Shown: positions 10,303 to 20,636 of the stretch, one piece after another
Layout of the letters: each line of letters begins with the position of its first letter
How positions within the stretch are numbered: position 1 is the stretch's first letter
NCBI GenBank assembly: GCA_934086955.1
Contig: CAKOIN010000006.1
Coordinates: 2,159 to 66,158 of the forward strand
Length of the DNA stretch: 64,000 nt
Source of the DNA: an uncultured Bacilli bacterium
GTDB lineage: Bacteria > Bacillota_I > Bacilli_A > RF39 > UBA660
Direction: 5' to 3'
The notes under the pieces: generated by a model
What the model was told of the DNA's origin: nothing
Seen by the model: only the letters and a program-made list of their open reading frames with translations
Databases searched by the model: none
Made by a program: the position numbers and the translations under genes

Positions 10303-10698
10303 CTATCTCTTAGAGAATTGTGGTGCTCTACGAGCTTTCTTAAGACCATATTTCTTTCTTTCTTTAATTCTAGCATCTCTTGTAATCATTCCGTTAGATT
10401 TTAAAGTTGGTCTAGTTTCAGCATTAGCAAGCATTAAAGCTCTTGCAATACCTAATCTGATAGCTCCAGTTTGACCAGAGAAACCTCCACCTTTAACAAC
10501 AACTTCAACATCATACTTTTCAACAGCATCTGCAAGTTGTAATGGTTGGATTAAATCCATAACAAGAGTTTCATAAGGCATATAATCTTTAACATCTTTA
10601 CCATTAACAGTAATATTACCTTTACCTGGCATTAATGTAACCTTAGCAACACTTCTTTTTCTTCTGCCTAATGCAGTAAATTTAGTTTTTTCTGCCAT
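10303..10698 (-). CDS. rpsI: 30S ribosomal protein S9
   Basis: C-terminal ...[11 protein letters not shown] and the full-length S9 pattern. Confidence 0.9.
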   Translation of the reverse strand: MAEKTKFTALGRRKRSVAKVTLMPGKGNITVNGKDVKDYMPYETLVMDLIQPLQLADAVEKYDVEVVVKGGGFSGQTGAIRLGIARALMLANAETRPTLKSNGMITRDARIKERKKYGLKKARRAPQFSKR

Positions 10699-10699
10699 A

Positions 10700-11131
10700 T
10701 TACTTTACCTCTAATCTTTCTGGTTTTTGAGCTTCATGTTTATGTTCATTACCTGCATATACAAATAATTGTCTATACATATCTCTTCCAAGTCTATTTT
10801 TAGGAAGCATATTTTTAACAGCTCTTTCTACCATTTCTACTGGATATTTTTCTTTCATAGTTCTAGCAGTTCTTTCTCTTAAACCACCTGGATATCCACT
10901 ATGATTATAGTACATTTTTTTGTCTAACTTGTTACCAGTTAAAACAACTTTTTCTGCATTGATAATAATAACATTATCTCCGCAAGCAACATAAGGTGTA
11001 AATGTAGGTTTGTTTTTACCTCTTAATACAGAAGCAGCTAAAGCAGCAACTTTACCTAAAACTTGTCCTTCTGCATCAATTACATACCACTTATGTTCAA
11101 CATCTTCTTTTCTTAACATAAATGTTTTCAT
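10700..11131 (-). CDS. rplM: 50S ribosomal protein L13
   Basis: Canonical L13 sequence. Lies 1 nt upstream of rpsI. Confidence 0.9.
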   Translation of the reverse strand: MKTFMLRKEDVEHKWYVIDAEGQVLGKVAALAASVLRGKNKPTFTPYVACGDNVIIINAEKVVLTGNKLDKKMYYNHSGYPGGLRERTARTMKEKYPVEMVERAVKNMLPKNRLGRDMYRQLFVYAGNEHKHEAQKPERLEVK

Positions 11132-11250
11132 ATTTTAAATTTTTCCCTTCTTTAATTTGAGTGCCATCACATTTGCAACTATGACATTTCTTTCCCACAG
11201 AAACTGCACCCTCTTTAAATGTACCGTGCCTATTATATACTAAAAATACT
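11132..11250 (-). ncRNA. Possible ribosomal-protein L13 leader (structured 5'UTR of rplM-rpsI)
   Basis: A GC-enriched, ORF-free segment of about 120 nt upstream of rplM. L13 leaders are known in Firmicutes. No covariance check was done. Confidence 0.25.
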
Positions 11251-11256
11251 TAATTT

Positions 11257-11305
11257 GTCAATATTTTTTTACCTTGACAATAATATGAATATTATTATAA
11301 AATAA
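11257..11305. promoter_or_regulatory. Divergent promoter region with palindromic -35 (TTGTCAA...TTGACAA)
   Basis: On the plus strand, TTGACA, a 17-nt spacer and TATAAA precede the 11332 CDS. The mirrored TTGACA faces rplM. Confidence 0.4.
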
Positions 11306-11331
11306 ATATGTATAATTAAGGAGAAATTAAA

Positions 11332-12387
11332 ATGAAGAATAAAGGGTTATTAGTCGTATTTATAATACTATTTATATTGTCTGCTTCAGCTGCAGGAATT
11401 GGTTATTATGAACATACCAAAAAAGAACCAGAAGCACCAAATAACAATGATTCAAAAGAAGGAACAATCACATATAAATATTATTTAGAAGATTTAGAAG
11501 TTGAAGAAATGCCTACTAATGAAAAATTATTAGATGACTTAGGAAACGAAACAGATAAATATAAGTATAAATTTTCTAAATTTCAATGTACAGATAGCAC
11601 AATAGCTGGTCAATTCGATGAAGAAACATGGAAATTTATACCAAATGAAGAAAAAGAAGCAACTTGTAACTTATTCTTCGTTAACAGTACATATGAAGTT
11701 ACACTGACTGTAACAAATGGAAAAGCAGATGATAACAATCCTAAATATATAGAAAGAGAAAAAGATGGAGAATTCATAATTATTCCATCAGAAGGATATC
11801 AATTTGAAAGCACACAATGTTCAGATGATAAAACCGCAACATGGAATGAACAAAATAATACATTAACAATTAATGCTATAATGAAAAGTGTAGCATGTAA
11901 AGTTATATTCTCAATTAAAGAATTAAAGATGGATGTAACTGTAGTGAATGGAAAAGGAACAACAACTGAAACAGCTAAATATGGAGAATCTGTTGAAGCA
12001 ATAGTTGAACCAAATGAAGGATATCAAACTCCAACTATAAATTGTACTAATAATCAAAATGCAGAATTCAAAGATAATAAATTAATAATTTCAAAAATAA
12101 CAAATAATACAAAATGTACTTTAACTTTTGAAGCTAAACCAGCAAAAAAATATAACATTAAAATCGATTCTTTACCTGATACAATAACAATTGTAAAAGG
12201 AAGTAAAGAAAACAGTGTTGAAGAAGGAAAAACTGGTTCATTTACTTTAAAAGGGCAAGATGGAATTAAACCAAAACTAGAATGTACTGTTCAACCATCT
12301 AATGAAGATAATGCAAATGGTGAATATACATACACATTCTTAAATGTAACAAAAGATATAACTTGTAAAGTTACAGCAACTGAGTAG
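11332..12387 (+). CDS. Membrane-anchored surface protein with three roughly 80-aa Cys-containing repeats
   Basis: Signal-anchor N-terminus. Three tandem repeats, each ending in C.V.F / C.L.F / C.V.A, with EGYQ motifs, resembling Listeria-Bacteroides-type repeat domains. Confidence 0.4.
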   Translation: MKNKGLLVVFIILFILSASAAGIGYYEHTKKEPEAPNNNDSKEGTITYKYYLEDLEVEEMPTNEKLLDDLGNETDKYKYKFSKFQCTDSTIAGQFDEETWKFIPNEEKEATCNLFFVNSTYEVTLTVTNGKADDNNPKYIEREKDGEFIIIPSEGYQFESTQCSDDKTATWNEQNNTLTINAIMKSVACKVIFSIKELKMDVTVVNGKGTTTETAKYGESVEAIVEPNEGYQTPTINCTNNQNAEFKDNKLIISKITNNTKCTLTFEAKPAKKYNIKIDSLPDTITIVKGSKENSVEEGKTGSFTLKGQDGIKPKLECTVQPSNEDNANGEYTYTFLNVTKDITCKVTATE

Positions 12388-12404
12388 CTATAAGCTACTT
12401 TTTT
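12384..12404 (+). terminator. Hairpin GTAGCT-ATA-AGCTAC followed by TTTTTT, overlapping the stop codon
   Basis: Seen directly in the sequence. Confidence 0.55.
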
Positions 12405-12452
12405 CTTGCAAAAATATTTATAAAATGTTAAATTATCACTGAGGAAAAAAAT

Positions 12453-13469
12453 ATGTGGAAAATAGGAAATGTAGAAATTAAAAATAGAATAGTATTCGCC
12501 CCAATGGCTGGTATATCTAATGAATCATTTAGAAAAATAATTAAATCTATGGATCCAGGACTTATTTATAGTGAAATGATAAGTAACATGGGAATTATAT
12601 ATAATAGTAAAAATACAATAGATATGTTAAAAATAAATAATGAAGAAAGGCCTATTAGCATACAAATATTCGGAAGTGATGAAGAAACATTTATCAAAGC
12701 AGCTAAATATATAGAAGAAAATATACATCCAGATATAATAGATATTAATATGGGATGTCCTGTACCAAAAGTAGCTCTAAAATCACAAGCAGGATCAAAT
12801 CTTTTAAAAAATCCAGATAAAATATATAAAATTGTATCTTCTATAGTAAATACAGTTAATATTCCAGTAACAGTTAAAATTAGAGCTGGTTGGGATAAAA
12901 ACTCAATTAATTGTGTAGAAGTTGCTAAAACAATTGAAAAAGCAGGAGCAAGTGCAATAGCTATACATCCAAGAACAAGAGAACAAGGATACACAGGAAA
13001 TGCTGACTGGACCTTAATTAAAAAAGTTAAAGATGCAGTTAATATTCCTGTTATTGGAAACGGTGATATTAAAACAATTGAAGATGCAAAAAGAATGTTA
13101 GAAGAAACCGGCTGCGATGCAGCTATGATCGGAAGAGCTACAATTGGAAATCCTTGGTTCATAAAAGAATGTGTAGAATATGTTGAAAATGGTAACATTA
13201 TAGATAAACCTACATATAAAGAAAGAATAGATATGTTAGTTAAGCATTATGAAATATTAAAAGAAGACACAAGTCCTAGAAAAGCATTACTTGATATTAA
13301 AACACATGCACTAGCATATCTAAAATATATTCCGAACTCAAAAGAATTAAAACAAGAAATAGCTTGTTCAAAAACAGAAGATGAATTTAATAATTGTATA
13401 AAAAAACTATATAATCACATAAAATGTATAAATTGTGAAAATAATAAAAATACTGACAATTCCTTGTAA
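12453..13469 (+). CDS. dus: tRNA-dihydrouridine synthase (DusB family)
   Basis: [14 protein letters not shown]-terminus and a TIM-barrel FMN-binding pattern. Confidence 0.8.
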   Translation: MWKIGNVEIKNRIVFAPMAGISNESFRKIIKSMDPGLIYSEMISNMGIIYNSKNTIDMLKINNEERPISIQIFGSDEETFIKAAKYIEENIHPDIIDINMGCPVPKVALKSQAGSNLLKNPDKIYKIVSSIVNTVNIPVTVKIRAGWDKNSINCVEVAKTIEKAGASAIAIHPRTREQGYTGNADWTLIKKVKDAVNIPVIGNGDIKTIEDAKRMLEETGCDAAMIGRATIGNPWFIKECVEYVENGNIIDKPTYKERIDMLVKHYEILKEDTSPRKALLDIKTHALAYLKYIPNSKELKQEIACSKTEDEFNNCIKKLYNHIKCINCENNKNTDNSL

Positions 13470-13511
13470 AGCCAGTATTTTTTGTTATATAATTAAAACA
13501 AGGAGGATTAT

Positions 13512-14933
13512 ATGAAGAAAAGTGGATTATTTAAAATAATCATGTTTATTCTATTTGGAATTGTTATTTTAACTTGGTTCGTATCAGCTGGATATTATAA
13601 TTCAGGCAAATTAGTTGATTTAGGAATGAATCAACTAGGATTCTTTGATTTCTGGCAACTATTATTTGCTTCATTTGGTGGTTCAGATTTTGGATATTTC
13701 GTTCAAATTCTACTATTCTTAATATCAGTTGGAGCTTTATATGGTGTACTTGGCAAAACAGGTAAATATAGAGCAGCAATCGAAAAAATAGCAAACAAAT
13801 TCAAAGGCAATGAACTACATTTCATAGTTATTGTAGCATTCATAATAACAGTACTAACATCAGTATTCAGTTATGAATTATGGTTATTCATTTTCATACC
13901 AGCATTAATAAGTATTATCTTATTACTTGGTTATGATAAAGTAACTGCATGTGTTGCTACATTTGGTGCTATGTTAATTGGTAACATTGGTAGTACTATT
14001 GGTTATAATATAGTAGGTGCTATTCAAGAAAGCTTAGGAATTACTAAACTTTCAAATGGAATCTATTATAGACTTGGAATATTAGCATTTTCATTATTCG
14101 CTTTAATCTTCTATCTTTATAAAGCTAAAAGAACATCTGTTAAAAAAGATGATGTAAAAGCAATTGAAGCAGAAGATTTATTTGCTGGTGAAAGTAAAGC
14201 TAACAAATATTCAGTTGTACCAATAATCGTAATATTCTCAATATTATTTGTATTATTAATATTAGGATGTACTGCTTGGGAATCAACATTCAATGTAAAA
14301 ATATTTACTAAAATGAATGATGCTATTACTAGTTTTGCAATTGGAAAAGATAAATTTACTATATTTGGTAAATTACTTGGAAATGTTAGTGCATTTGGTT
14401 CATGGCATTATGCTGAAATGGCTGTTATGTGTACATTATCAGCATTATTACTTGGTAGATTCTATAGAATGAGTCACAAAGAAACAATAGATAACATGAT
14501 TGATGGAACTAAAAAAATATTAAATTCCGCTGTACTAGTTGTATTAGCTTATACTGTTGTATATTTTGCTTGTAATACAATGACTTATCCAACAATAGCT
14601 GATTTCATACTAAAAGCAACAAGTAAATTTAATATATTCTTTAGTACAATCTGTATGATACTTGGTTCAGTATTACATGTAGATATGTTATATGTAGTTA
14701 ACTATGTTATACCACAAATAGCAGGTCAAAATGTATCAACACTTGTAATGTCATTATTAGCACAAGGTATTTACGGAGTTACAATGTTCGTAGCACCTAC
14801 AAGTGTAGTATTAGTACTAGGACTTAGTTATTTAGGAATTCCTTATAAAGAATGGCTAAAAAGAACTTGGAAACTACTAGTAGCTTTATTAGCAATAGTT
14901 ATGGTAGCAATAATATTAGCTATGTTAATATAA
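13512..14933 (+). CDS. Polytopic membrane transporter, YfcC/DcuC-like family
   Basis: About 12 TM segments. N-terminal region resembles YfcC-family carriers. Confidence 0.35.
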   Translation: MKKSGLFKIIMFILFGIVILTWFVSAGYYNSGKLVDLGMNQLGFFDFWQLLFASFGGSDFGYFVQILLFLISVGALYGVLGKTGKYRAAIEKIANKFKGNELHFIVIVAFIITVLTSVFSYELWLFIFIPALISIILLLGYDKVTACVATFGAMLIGNIGSTIGYNIVGAIQESLGITKLSNGIYYRLGILAFSLFALIFYLYKAKRTSVKKDDVKAIEAEDLFAGESKANKYSVVPIIVIFSILFVLLILGCTAWESTFNVKIFTKMNDAITSFAIGKDKFTIFGKLLGNVSAFGSWHYAEMAVMCTLSALLLGRFYRMSHKETIDNMIDGTKKILNSAVLVVLAYTVVYFACNTMTYPTIADFILKATSKFNIFFSTICMILGSVLHVDMLYVVNYVIPQIAGQNVSTLVMSLLAQGIYGVTMFVAPTSVVLVLGLSYLGIPYKEWLKRTWKLLVALLAIVMVAIILAMLI

Positions 14934-14937
14934 TTAA

Positions 14938-14961
14938 AGAATGAATTTTCATTCTTTTTTT
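14938..14961 (+). terminator. Hairpin AAGAATGAA..TTCATTCTT followed by TTTTT
   Basis: Seen directly after the transporter gene. Confidence 0.55.
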
Positions 14962-14997
14962 ATGCATTAAAAACTAAATAAAACACATAATATTAAT

Positions 14998-16326
14998 ATG
15001 AATAAATATAATGAAACATTAATTAAAATATTAAAAAATAGTGAAAAAGAAGCAAAGAATTTAAATCATCAATATATCGGAACAGAACACTTTATATTAT
15101 CAATATTAAAGATAAATAGTTCTACAAAAGACATATTCAATAATTTAAATATAACATATGAAAAATATTTAAAAGAAATAAATAAAATAATAATAAATTC
15201 AAAACAAACAAATCTAATATCATATACACCTTTATTTAAAAGAATACTAATGTCATTAAACAATAAAAAAGAAATAACAGAAAAAGATGTATTTTTAGAA
15301 ATATTAGAATATGGTGAAGGTATTGGATTATCTATTTTAAGTAATCTAAATATTGACTTAAATAAACTATATAACGAACTATTAAATAATAAACAATATG
15401 AATATGGAATTAATCTTAATGAAATAGTAAACAATAAACAATATGAACCAATAATAGGTAGAAATAAAGAAATAAATGAAATAATTGAAATACTGTTAAG
15501 AAAAAATAAGAATAATCCTTTATTAATTGGTGAACCTGGTATAGGTAAAACAGCACTAGTAGAATCACTCGCATATAAAATAAATAAAAAAGAAGTACCA
15601 AAAGAATTACAAAATAAAAAAATAATATCAATAAATATATCAAAACTAATAAGTGGAACAAGATATAGAGGAGAATTTGAAGAAAAATTTCATAAAATGA
15701 TAGAACATTTCGAACAAAACTCAAATTTAATTATCTTCTTTGATGAAATACATACAATAGTAGGTGCAGGTGGAGCAGAGGGTGCAATAGATGCAGCTAA
15801 TATATTAAAGCCCTATATCGCAAGAAATAAATTAAAAATTATTGGTGCCACAACAACAAAAGAATATTATAAATCAATTTATAATGATGGAGCATTAAAT
15901 AGAAGATTTCAAACAATAATGATTAAAGAACCATCAGAAAAAGAAACTATAAATATATTATTAAATACAAAAAAATATTATGAAAAATTTCATAATGTAC
16001 ATATAACAAATAAACAATTAGAATTAATCGTATCACTATCAACAAAATATATTAAAGATAGATATAATCCAGATAAAAGTTTAGATATGCTAGACAAAAT
16101 ATGTTCAAAAATAAAACTTAAAAACATTATAGATAATGATCAGATTAAAATCAATAAACTTAATAGTCAAAAAATAAACTATATAAAAAATAATGAATTT
16201 AATAAAGCAAAACAAATATCAAATATAATAAATAATTATAAAAAAGATAAATTAAAAATAGATGAATCAACAATTTATGAAGCATTCAACATAACTAAAA
16301 AGAATACCTTTGGTTTTTGTTCATAA
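14998..16326 (+). CDS. ClpC-like ATPase carrying only the Clp_N domain and D1 AAA module (D2 absent)
   Basis: Clp_N repeats, Walker A GEPGIGKT, Walker B IIFFDEIH, ILKPYIARNKLKIIGATT, then a UVR-like tail. The ORF ends at 442 aa with no downstream D2. Confidence 0.55.
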   Translation: MNKYNETLIKILKNSEKEAKNLNHQYIGTEHFILSILKINSSTKDIFNNLNITYEKYLKEINKIIINSKQTNLISYTPLFKRILMSLNNKKEITEKDVFLEILEYGEGIGLSILSNLNIDLNKLYNELLNNKQYEYGINLNEIVNNKQYEPIIGRNKEINEIIEILLRKNKNNPLLIGEPGIGKTALVESLAYKINKKEVPKELQNKKIISINISKLISGTRYRGEFEEKFHKMIEHFEQNSNLIIFFDEIHTIVGAGGAEGAIDAANILKPYIARNKLKIIGATTTKEYYKSIYNDGALNRRFQTIMIKEPSEKETINILLNTKKYYEKFHNVHITNKQLELIVSLSTKYIKDRYNPDKSLDMLDKICSKIKLKNIIDNDQIKINKLNSQKINYIKNNEFNKAKQISNIINNYKKDKLKIDESTIYEAFNITKKNTFGFCS

Positions 16327-16368
16327 ATAATTCACAATTATATGTTATAATTTAATTGGTGATGAGGA

Positions 16369-17049
16369 ATGGATTATTATTATTTAGATGTCATATTAAT
16401 GTTAATAATTATATTATTGCCTTTATATGCTAATATAAAAATAAATATGACTTACAACAAATATTCAAAAAAACAAAATAGCAGAAAACTTACAGGTAAA
16501 GAAGTAGCAGAAAAAATACTAGAAATGAATGGTCTTAGCAATGTAAAAGTTGGTCAAATTGGAGGAAGCTTAACAGATCACTATGATCCTAGAAATAAAA
16601 CAATTAGCTTATCTAGTGATATTTATAGCAACACTTCAATATCAGCTTGTGCAGTAGCAGCACACGAAGTTGGACATGCAATACAAGATAAAGAAAAATA
16701 CAGTATGTTAGTATTTAGAACTAAAATTGTACCACTTGTTAACTTTACATCAAGATTATCAACAGTATTTGTATTCTTAGGTTTCTTCCTAGAATTTATG
16801 AATTTAATTACAATAGGAGCTTTATTATTATCAGTTGGTTTATTCTTTCAATTGATAACTTTACCTGTTGAATTTGATGCTTCAAGAAGAGCAAAAGAAG
16901 AATTACAAAAATGTGGATTAATTGAAAATCAAGATACAAAAGGAGCTAACAAAGTACTAAAAGCAGCAGCATTTACATATGTAGCTGGTTTCCTTGCTTC
17001 TGCACTACAAATAGTAAGGTTACTTCTAATAAGTAGAGATAGAGACTAA
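16369..17049 (+). CDS. Membrane zinc metallopeptidase (Zn_peptidase_2 / YpfJ-like)
   Basis: N-terminal TM, HEVGHAIQ zinc motif, two C-terminal TM segments. Confidence 0.5.
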   Translation: MDYYYLDVILMLIIILLPLYANIKINMTYNKYSKKQNSRKLTGKEVAEKILEMNGLSNVKVGQIGGSLTDHYDPRNKTISLSSDIYSNTSISACAVAAHEVGHAIQDKEKYSMLVFRTKIVPLVNFTSRLSTVFVFLGFFLEFMNLITIGALLLSVGLFFQLITLPVEFDASRRAKEELQKCGLIENQDTKGANKVLKAAAFTYVAGFLASALQIVRLLLISRDRD

Positions 17050-17064
17050 AAAAGTCTCTTTTTT
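17041..17064 (+). terminator. Hairpin AGAGAC-TAAAAAA-GTCTCT followed by TTTTT
   Basis: Overlaps the stop of the metallopeptidase gene. Confidence 0.55.
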
Positions 17065-17069
17065 AATGC

Positions 17070-17096
17070 CAAAAAAAATAGTTTCAAATGAAACTA
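17070..17096 (-). terminator. Hairpin TAGTTTCA..TGAAACTA with T-run on the minus strand (rpsF-ssb-rpsR operon terminator)
   Basis: Seen directly downstream of rpsR. Confidence 0.55.
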
Positions 17097-17306
17097 TTTT
17101 GTATATGGTAATAAAGCCATATATCTTGCAATCTTAATTTGATTAGCAATATGTCTTTGATGTTTAGCACAAGCACCAGTCATTCTTCTAGGTAAGATTT
17201 TTCCTTTTTCATTAATATATTTAGAAACAATCATTACATCTTTATAATCAACTGATTTTCCAGCACACATTTGACATATTTTCTTTCTTCTATAAAATTC
17301 TGCCAT
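17094..17306 (-). CDS. rpsR: 30S ribosomal protein S18
   Basis: [16 protein letters not shown]...ARYMALLPY pattern. Confidence 0.9.
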   Translation of the reverse strand: MAEFYRRKKICQMCAGKSVDYKDVMIVSKYINEKGKILPRRMTGACAKHQRHIANQIKIARYMALLPYTK

Positions 17307-17335
17307 TTTTCCTCCTTAAATTAATAAGTTAATCA

Positions 17336-17815
17336 TTAAAGAAATGGTAAATCATCATCACTTAATGATACATCCTTATCATAATTTTCATATGGATCTG
17401 ACTTAGAAATGTCATACTCTGGCATTACATCAATTGGAGCTTCCGCTGGAGCATCCATATATGTAGTATCTGTATTAACAGTAGGATTAGAACCATCATT
17501 CTTTCCTCCAACAAATTCAGCATTTTCAACTACAACTTCTGTTACATATCTCTTACTTCCATCTTGTGCATCATAACTTCTAGTTTGTACTCTACCTTCT
17601 ACACATATTAAGCTTCCTTTTTTAAAAAACTTTGATACAAATGTAGCAGTATTTCTAAAAGCAACACAAGGTAAAAAGTCAGCATCATAATTTCCATCTT
17701 TATTTTTAAAATTACGATTAACAGCAACAGTAAAACTAGCAGTAGAAAATCCAGCAGTTGTACTTCTAAGTTCAGGATCTCTTGTTAATCTTCCAACTAA
17801 AACAATCTTATTCAT
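17336..17815 (-). CDS. ssb: Single-stranded DNA-binding protein
   Basis: OB-fold N-terminus MNKIVLVGRLTRDPELR and an acidic DDDLPF tail. Confidence 0.9.
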   Translation of the reverse strand: MNKIVLVGRLTRDPELRSTTAGFSTASFTVAVNRNFKNKDGNYDADFLPCVAFRNTATFVSKFFKKGSLICVEGRVQTRSYDAQDGSKRYVTEVVVENAEFVGGKNDGSNPTVNTDTTYMDAPAEAPIDVMPEYDISKSDPYENYDKDVSLSDDDLPFL

Positions 17816-17818
17816 TAA

Positions 17819-18106
17819 CTACTCCTCTTCTCTTATGACAATATGTCTTAAGATGTTTTCATCAATTTTAGCTTTTCTATCAAATTCTTTAACAGCAGCT
17901 ACACTAGCTTCAACATTAAATACATAATAGTTACCTCTTAATTGTTTCTTAATAGGATAAGCTAATTTTTTTTGACCCATATCTTTAGAATTAACAATCT
18001 TTGCTTTCATATCAGTTAATACTTTTTCAAAAGTTTTAACAACTTCTTTTTGAGTTTTTTCATCGATATCAGTCTTAACGATAAACATTATTTCATATTT
18101 ATTCAT
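17819..18106 (-). CDS. rpsF: 30S ribosomal protein S6
   Basis: S6 sequence begins at the internal MNKYEIMFIV, preceded by AAGGAGGTG. The 5' extension in the ORF track is probably not translated. Confidence 0.85.
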   Translation of the reverse strand: MNKYEIMFIVKTDIDEKTQKEVVKTFEKVLTDMKAKIVNSKDMGQKKLAYPIKKQLRGNYYVFNVEASVAAVKEFDRKAKIDENILRHIVIREEE

Positions 18107-18221
18107 TACTACACCTCCTTTTGGTCTCACGGCTTCACTTAAAAATGAAGCAAGGAACTTTCTTCGTTCGAGTGTATTATAGCATACAACTATCAAACTT
18201 ACAACAAAATTAATTAATTTT

Positions 18222-18247
18222 ACAAAAAAAGTATGCATAAAGCATAC
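18222..18247 (-). terminator. Hairpin GTATGC-ATAAA-GCATAC with T7 on the minus strand (argS terminator)
   Basis: Seen directly downstream of the argS stop. Confidence 0.6.
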
Positions 18248-18257
18248 TTATCAATTA

Positions 18258-19979
18258 TTACATCTTTTCAGGAACACCAATTGCTAAAATATTAAGTAAT
18301 TTATATCCAACATTATACATAATATTAAGAAGTCCAATATAACTTTCCTTTTTTAATTCATCAGTTTCATTAAGAACAGATGTTTCACCATAGAATTTAT
18401 TAAATAAACTACATAAATCAAATAAATATTCACATACATAACTAAGTGTTTTTTCATTATATGCTTTATTTAACATCTTAGAAATTTCTAATAACTTAAT
18501 ATAAATACTTTTTTCAGTTTCACTATATACAGAATGAATTGAATATTTATTCATATTAGCTTTATTTAATATAGATTTAATTCTAACCATAGTATATAAA
18601 ACATATGGACCAGTTTTACCTTCAAATGAAGTTATTTTATCAATATCAAATATAAAATCTGTTGTTCTATATGGTAATAAATCAGCAAACTTAATAGTTG
18701 CAACTGTAAGTATATCAGCAATTTTATCTTTTTCACTTTCTTCATACTTATCAAGTTTAGATATTAATTTAGTTTTAACATCATTAATTAATCCATTTAG
18801 TGATGCAACTCCACCATCTCTTGTTTTAAATGGTTTACCATCACTACCATTCATAGTTCCAAACCAATAATGAGCTAATTTAACATCATCTCTAACTAAA
18901 TGAGATTTATATGCTGCTCTAAAAACTTGTTCAAAATATAATGACTGTCTTGCATCAACAACATACCAAATTTCATCTGGATTATATAATTTAACCCTAG
19001 CATATATAGTTGCTAAATCACGAGTTGCATATATAGTAGCTCCATCATTCTTAATTACTATTAATGGTGGAATTTCAAGTTTATCATCATCTTTTTTAAC
19101 ATCGATAACTTTAGCCCCTTCACTTTCATACATATATGGTTCTAAAACCTTAAGAGTATCAGGAACATATTTTAATGAACTAAGTTCACCTTCCCATAAA
19201 TCAAAATTGCAATTTAAATAATCATATGATTTCTTAATTGACTTTTTAGATACTTCAACAATATCCTTCCACATTGAAAAATATGGTTCAACCTCTTTAT
19301 CAACAAGAGCAGTAATTTTTCTTACTTCTTCCATTCTTTCAGGGTTTTCTTTTGCATCATTACTAGCAGCCGGATAATATTCTCCAAGTTCTTCTTCTGT
19401 TATTTCAAGCTTAGGATATTCACCTTTATAATCAGGATCAAAATAACATAAATCTGGTTTTCTCTTTTTAATCTCAGTAATCAACATACCAGATTGTCTT
19501 CCAATATCTCCTAAATGAACATCACCTATTGTTTTCATTCCTAAAGTTTCAGCAAGTCTCTTTAAAGATTCACCAATATTAGCAGGTCTCATATGTCCAA
19601 CATGTAATGCCTTAGCAGCATTAGCTCCTCCATAATCAACCATAATAGTTTTTTCTTCTAACTTATCAATTAAATTATCAAAATTATCAATTGAACTATT
19701 TATTCTATCAAGTAAATACTTTTCATTAATAGTTATATTGATAAACCCAGGGCCAGCTATATTAACATTTAAAAATCTATCATCAAATTTACTAACTATT
19801 TGATCAGCAATTTCCCTTGGATTTTTTCCATATCTTTTAGCTAAAGACATACAAACATTAATTTGAAACTCACCAAGGTCGCGTCTTGAAGAGGACTCCA
19901 AACTAACATTTTCAATATCATATCCACATTCAGCAATAACATCATGTATATACTTCTCTGTTTCTTTTAAAAAACTCAT
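18258..19979 (-). CDS. argS: Arginine--tRNA ligase
   Basis: Class I HVGH (HVGHMR) motif. Full-length ArgRS architecture, including the DALR anticodon-binding region. Confidence 0.9.
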   Translation of the reverse strand: MSFLKETEKYIHDVIAECGYDIENVSLESSSRRDLGEFQINVCMSLAKRYGKNPREIADQIVSKFDDRFLNVNIAGPGFINITINEKYLLDRINSSIDNFDNLIDKLEEKTIMVDYGGANAAKALHVGHMRPANIGESLKRLAETLGMKTIGDVHLGDIGRQSGMLITEIKKRKPDLCYFDPDYKGEYPKLEITEEELGEYYPAASNDAKENPERMEEVRKITALVDKEVEPYFSMWKDIVEVSKKSIKKSYDYLNCNFDLWEGELSSLKYVPDTLKVLEPYMYESEGAKVIDVKKDDDKLEIPPLIVIKNDGATIYATRDLATIYARVKLYNPDEIWYVVDARQSLYFEQVFRAAYKSHLVRDDVKLAHYWFGTMNGSDGKPFKTRDGGVASLNGLINDVKTKLISKLDKYEESEKDKIADILTVATIKFADLLPYRTTDFIFDIDKITSFEGKTGPYVLYTMVRIKSILNKANMNKYSIHSVYSETEKSIYIKLLEISKMLNKAYNEKTLSYVCEYLFDLCSLFNKFYGETSVLNETDELKKESYIGLLNIMYNVGYKLLNILAIGVPEKM

Positions 19980-20084
19980 AACATCCTCTCCTTCTTAAAT
20001 ATGATTATAACATTATTAACATTTTTTTCAAAGCATTATATACTTTTAAATACAAAAATATTATAATATATAATAGGAGACAAT

Positions 20085-20627
20085 ATGAAAAATGTATTAT
20101 ATGCACAACTTATAGGCGCAGCAGCAATGCTTACAATAACTCTTTCTGTACAATGTAGAAAAAAGAAACACATGATGATGGTACAATCAGCTGCTCATAT
20201 GTTATATGCATTTCAATATGCATTATTAGGTGCATTCTCAGCAGCATTTATGGATGCAATCGCAGTACTAAGAAATATGCTCTTCTATAAATATGATAAA
20301 AGTAAAAAACAAGTTCCATTATATTTAACAATTATTGTTTTATTAATAACAGCACTAATAGGTTATTTAAATTATACAAATCCATTATCACTATTGCCAG
20401 TTATAATAGCAATGCTCTACACAATAGGAGCTTCATTTAAAGATCCTAAAGTATATAAATATGTTTTCGGATTTTGTGCAATAGCATGGTTATTCTACAA
20501 TTTAAAATTTAAAGCATATGTCTGTGTCATTGGAAACATAATGGAGATAACTTCAACAACAATAGCTTTAATTAGAGATACTAAAAATTCAAAAAAGAAA
20601 AAAAGAAAAAAGAGTTCATCAAAATAA
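20085..20627 (+). CDS. Small polytopic membrane protein (YgjV-like), poly-Lys C-terminus
   Basis: Five predicted TM helices. No catalytic motif. Confidence 0.3.
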   Translation: MKNVLYAQLIGAAAMLTITLSVQCRKKKHMMMVQSAAHMLYAFQYALLGAFSAAFMDAIAVLRNMLFYKYDKSKKQVPLYLTIIVLLITALIGYLNYTNPLSLLPVIIAMLYTIGASFKDPKVYKYVFGFCAIAWLFYNLKFKAYVCVIGNIMEITSTTIALIRDTKNSKKKKRKKSSSK

Positions 20628-20636
20628 TGAACCTTT

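Noticed and set aside
10152-10376. 74-aa minus-strand ORF
   Set aside because: Overlaps the 3' end of rpsI in another frame. No RBS. The spacer upstream of rpsI is an ordinary intergenic region.
12566-13198. 210-aa minus-strand ORF
   Set aside because: Antisense to the dus gene, which has clear homology. Hydrophobic junk translation.
13564-13794. 76-aa minus-strand ORF
   Set aside because: Antisense within the transporter gene.
15069-15724. Two minus-strand ORFs (121 and 102 aa)
   Set aside because: Antisense to the ClpC-like gene. Leu/Phe/Tyr-rich artefacts of AAT/AAA-rich coding DNA.
19980-20084. Possible T-box leader for argS
   Set aside because: Only about 105 bp lie between the argS start and the divergent neighbour. 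No AGGGTGG..ACCGCG T-box sequence. Too short for a T-box riboswitch.
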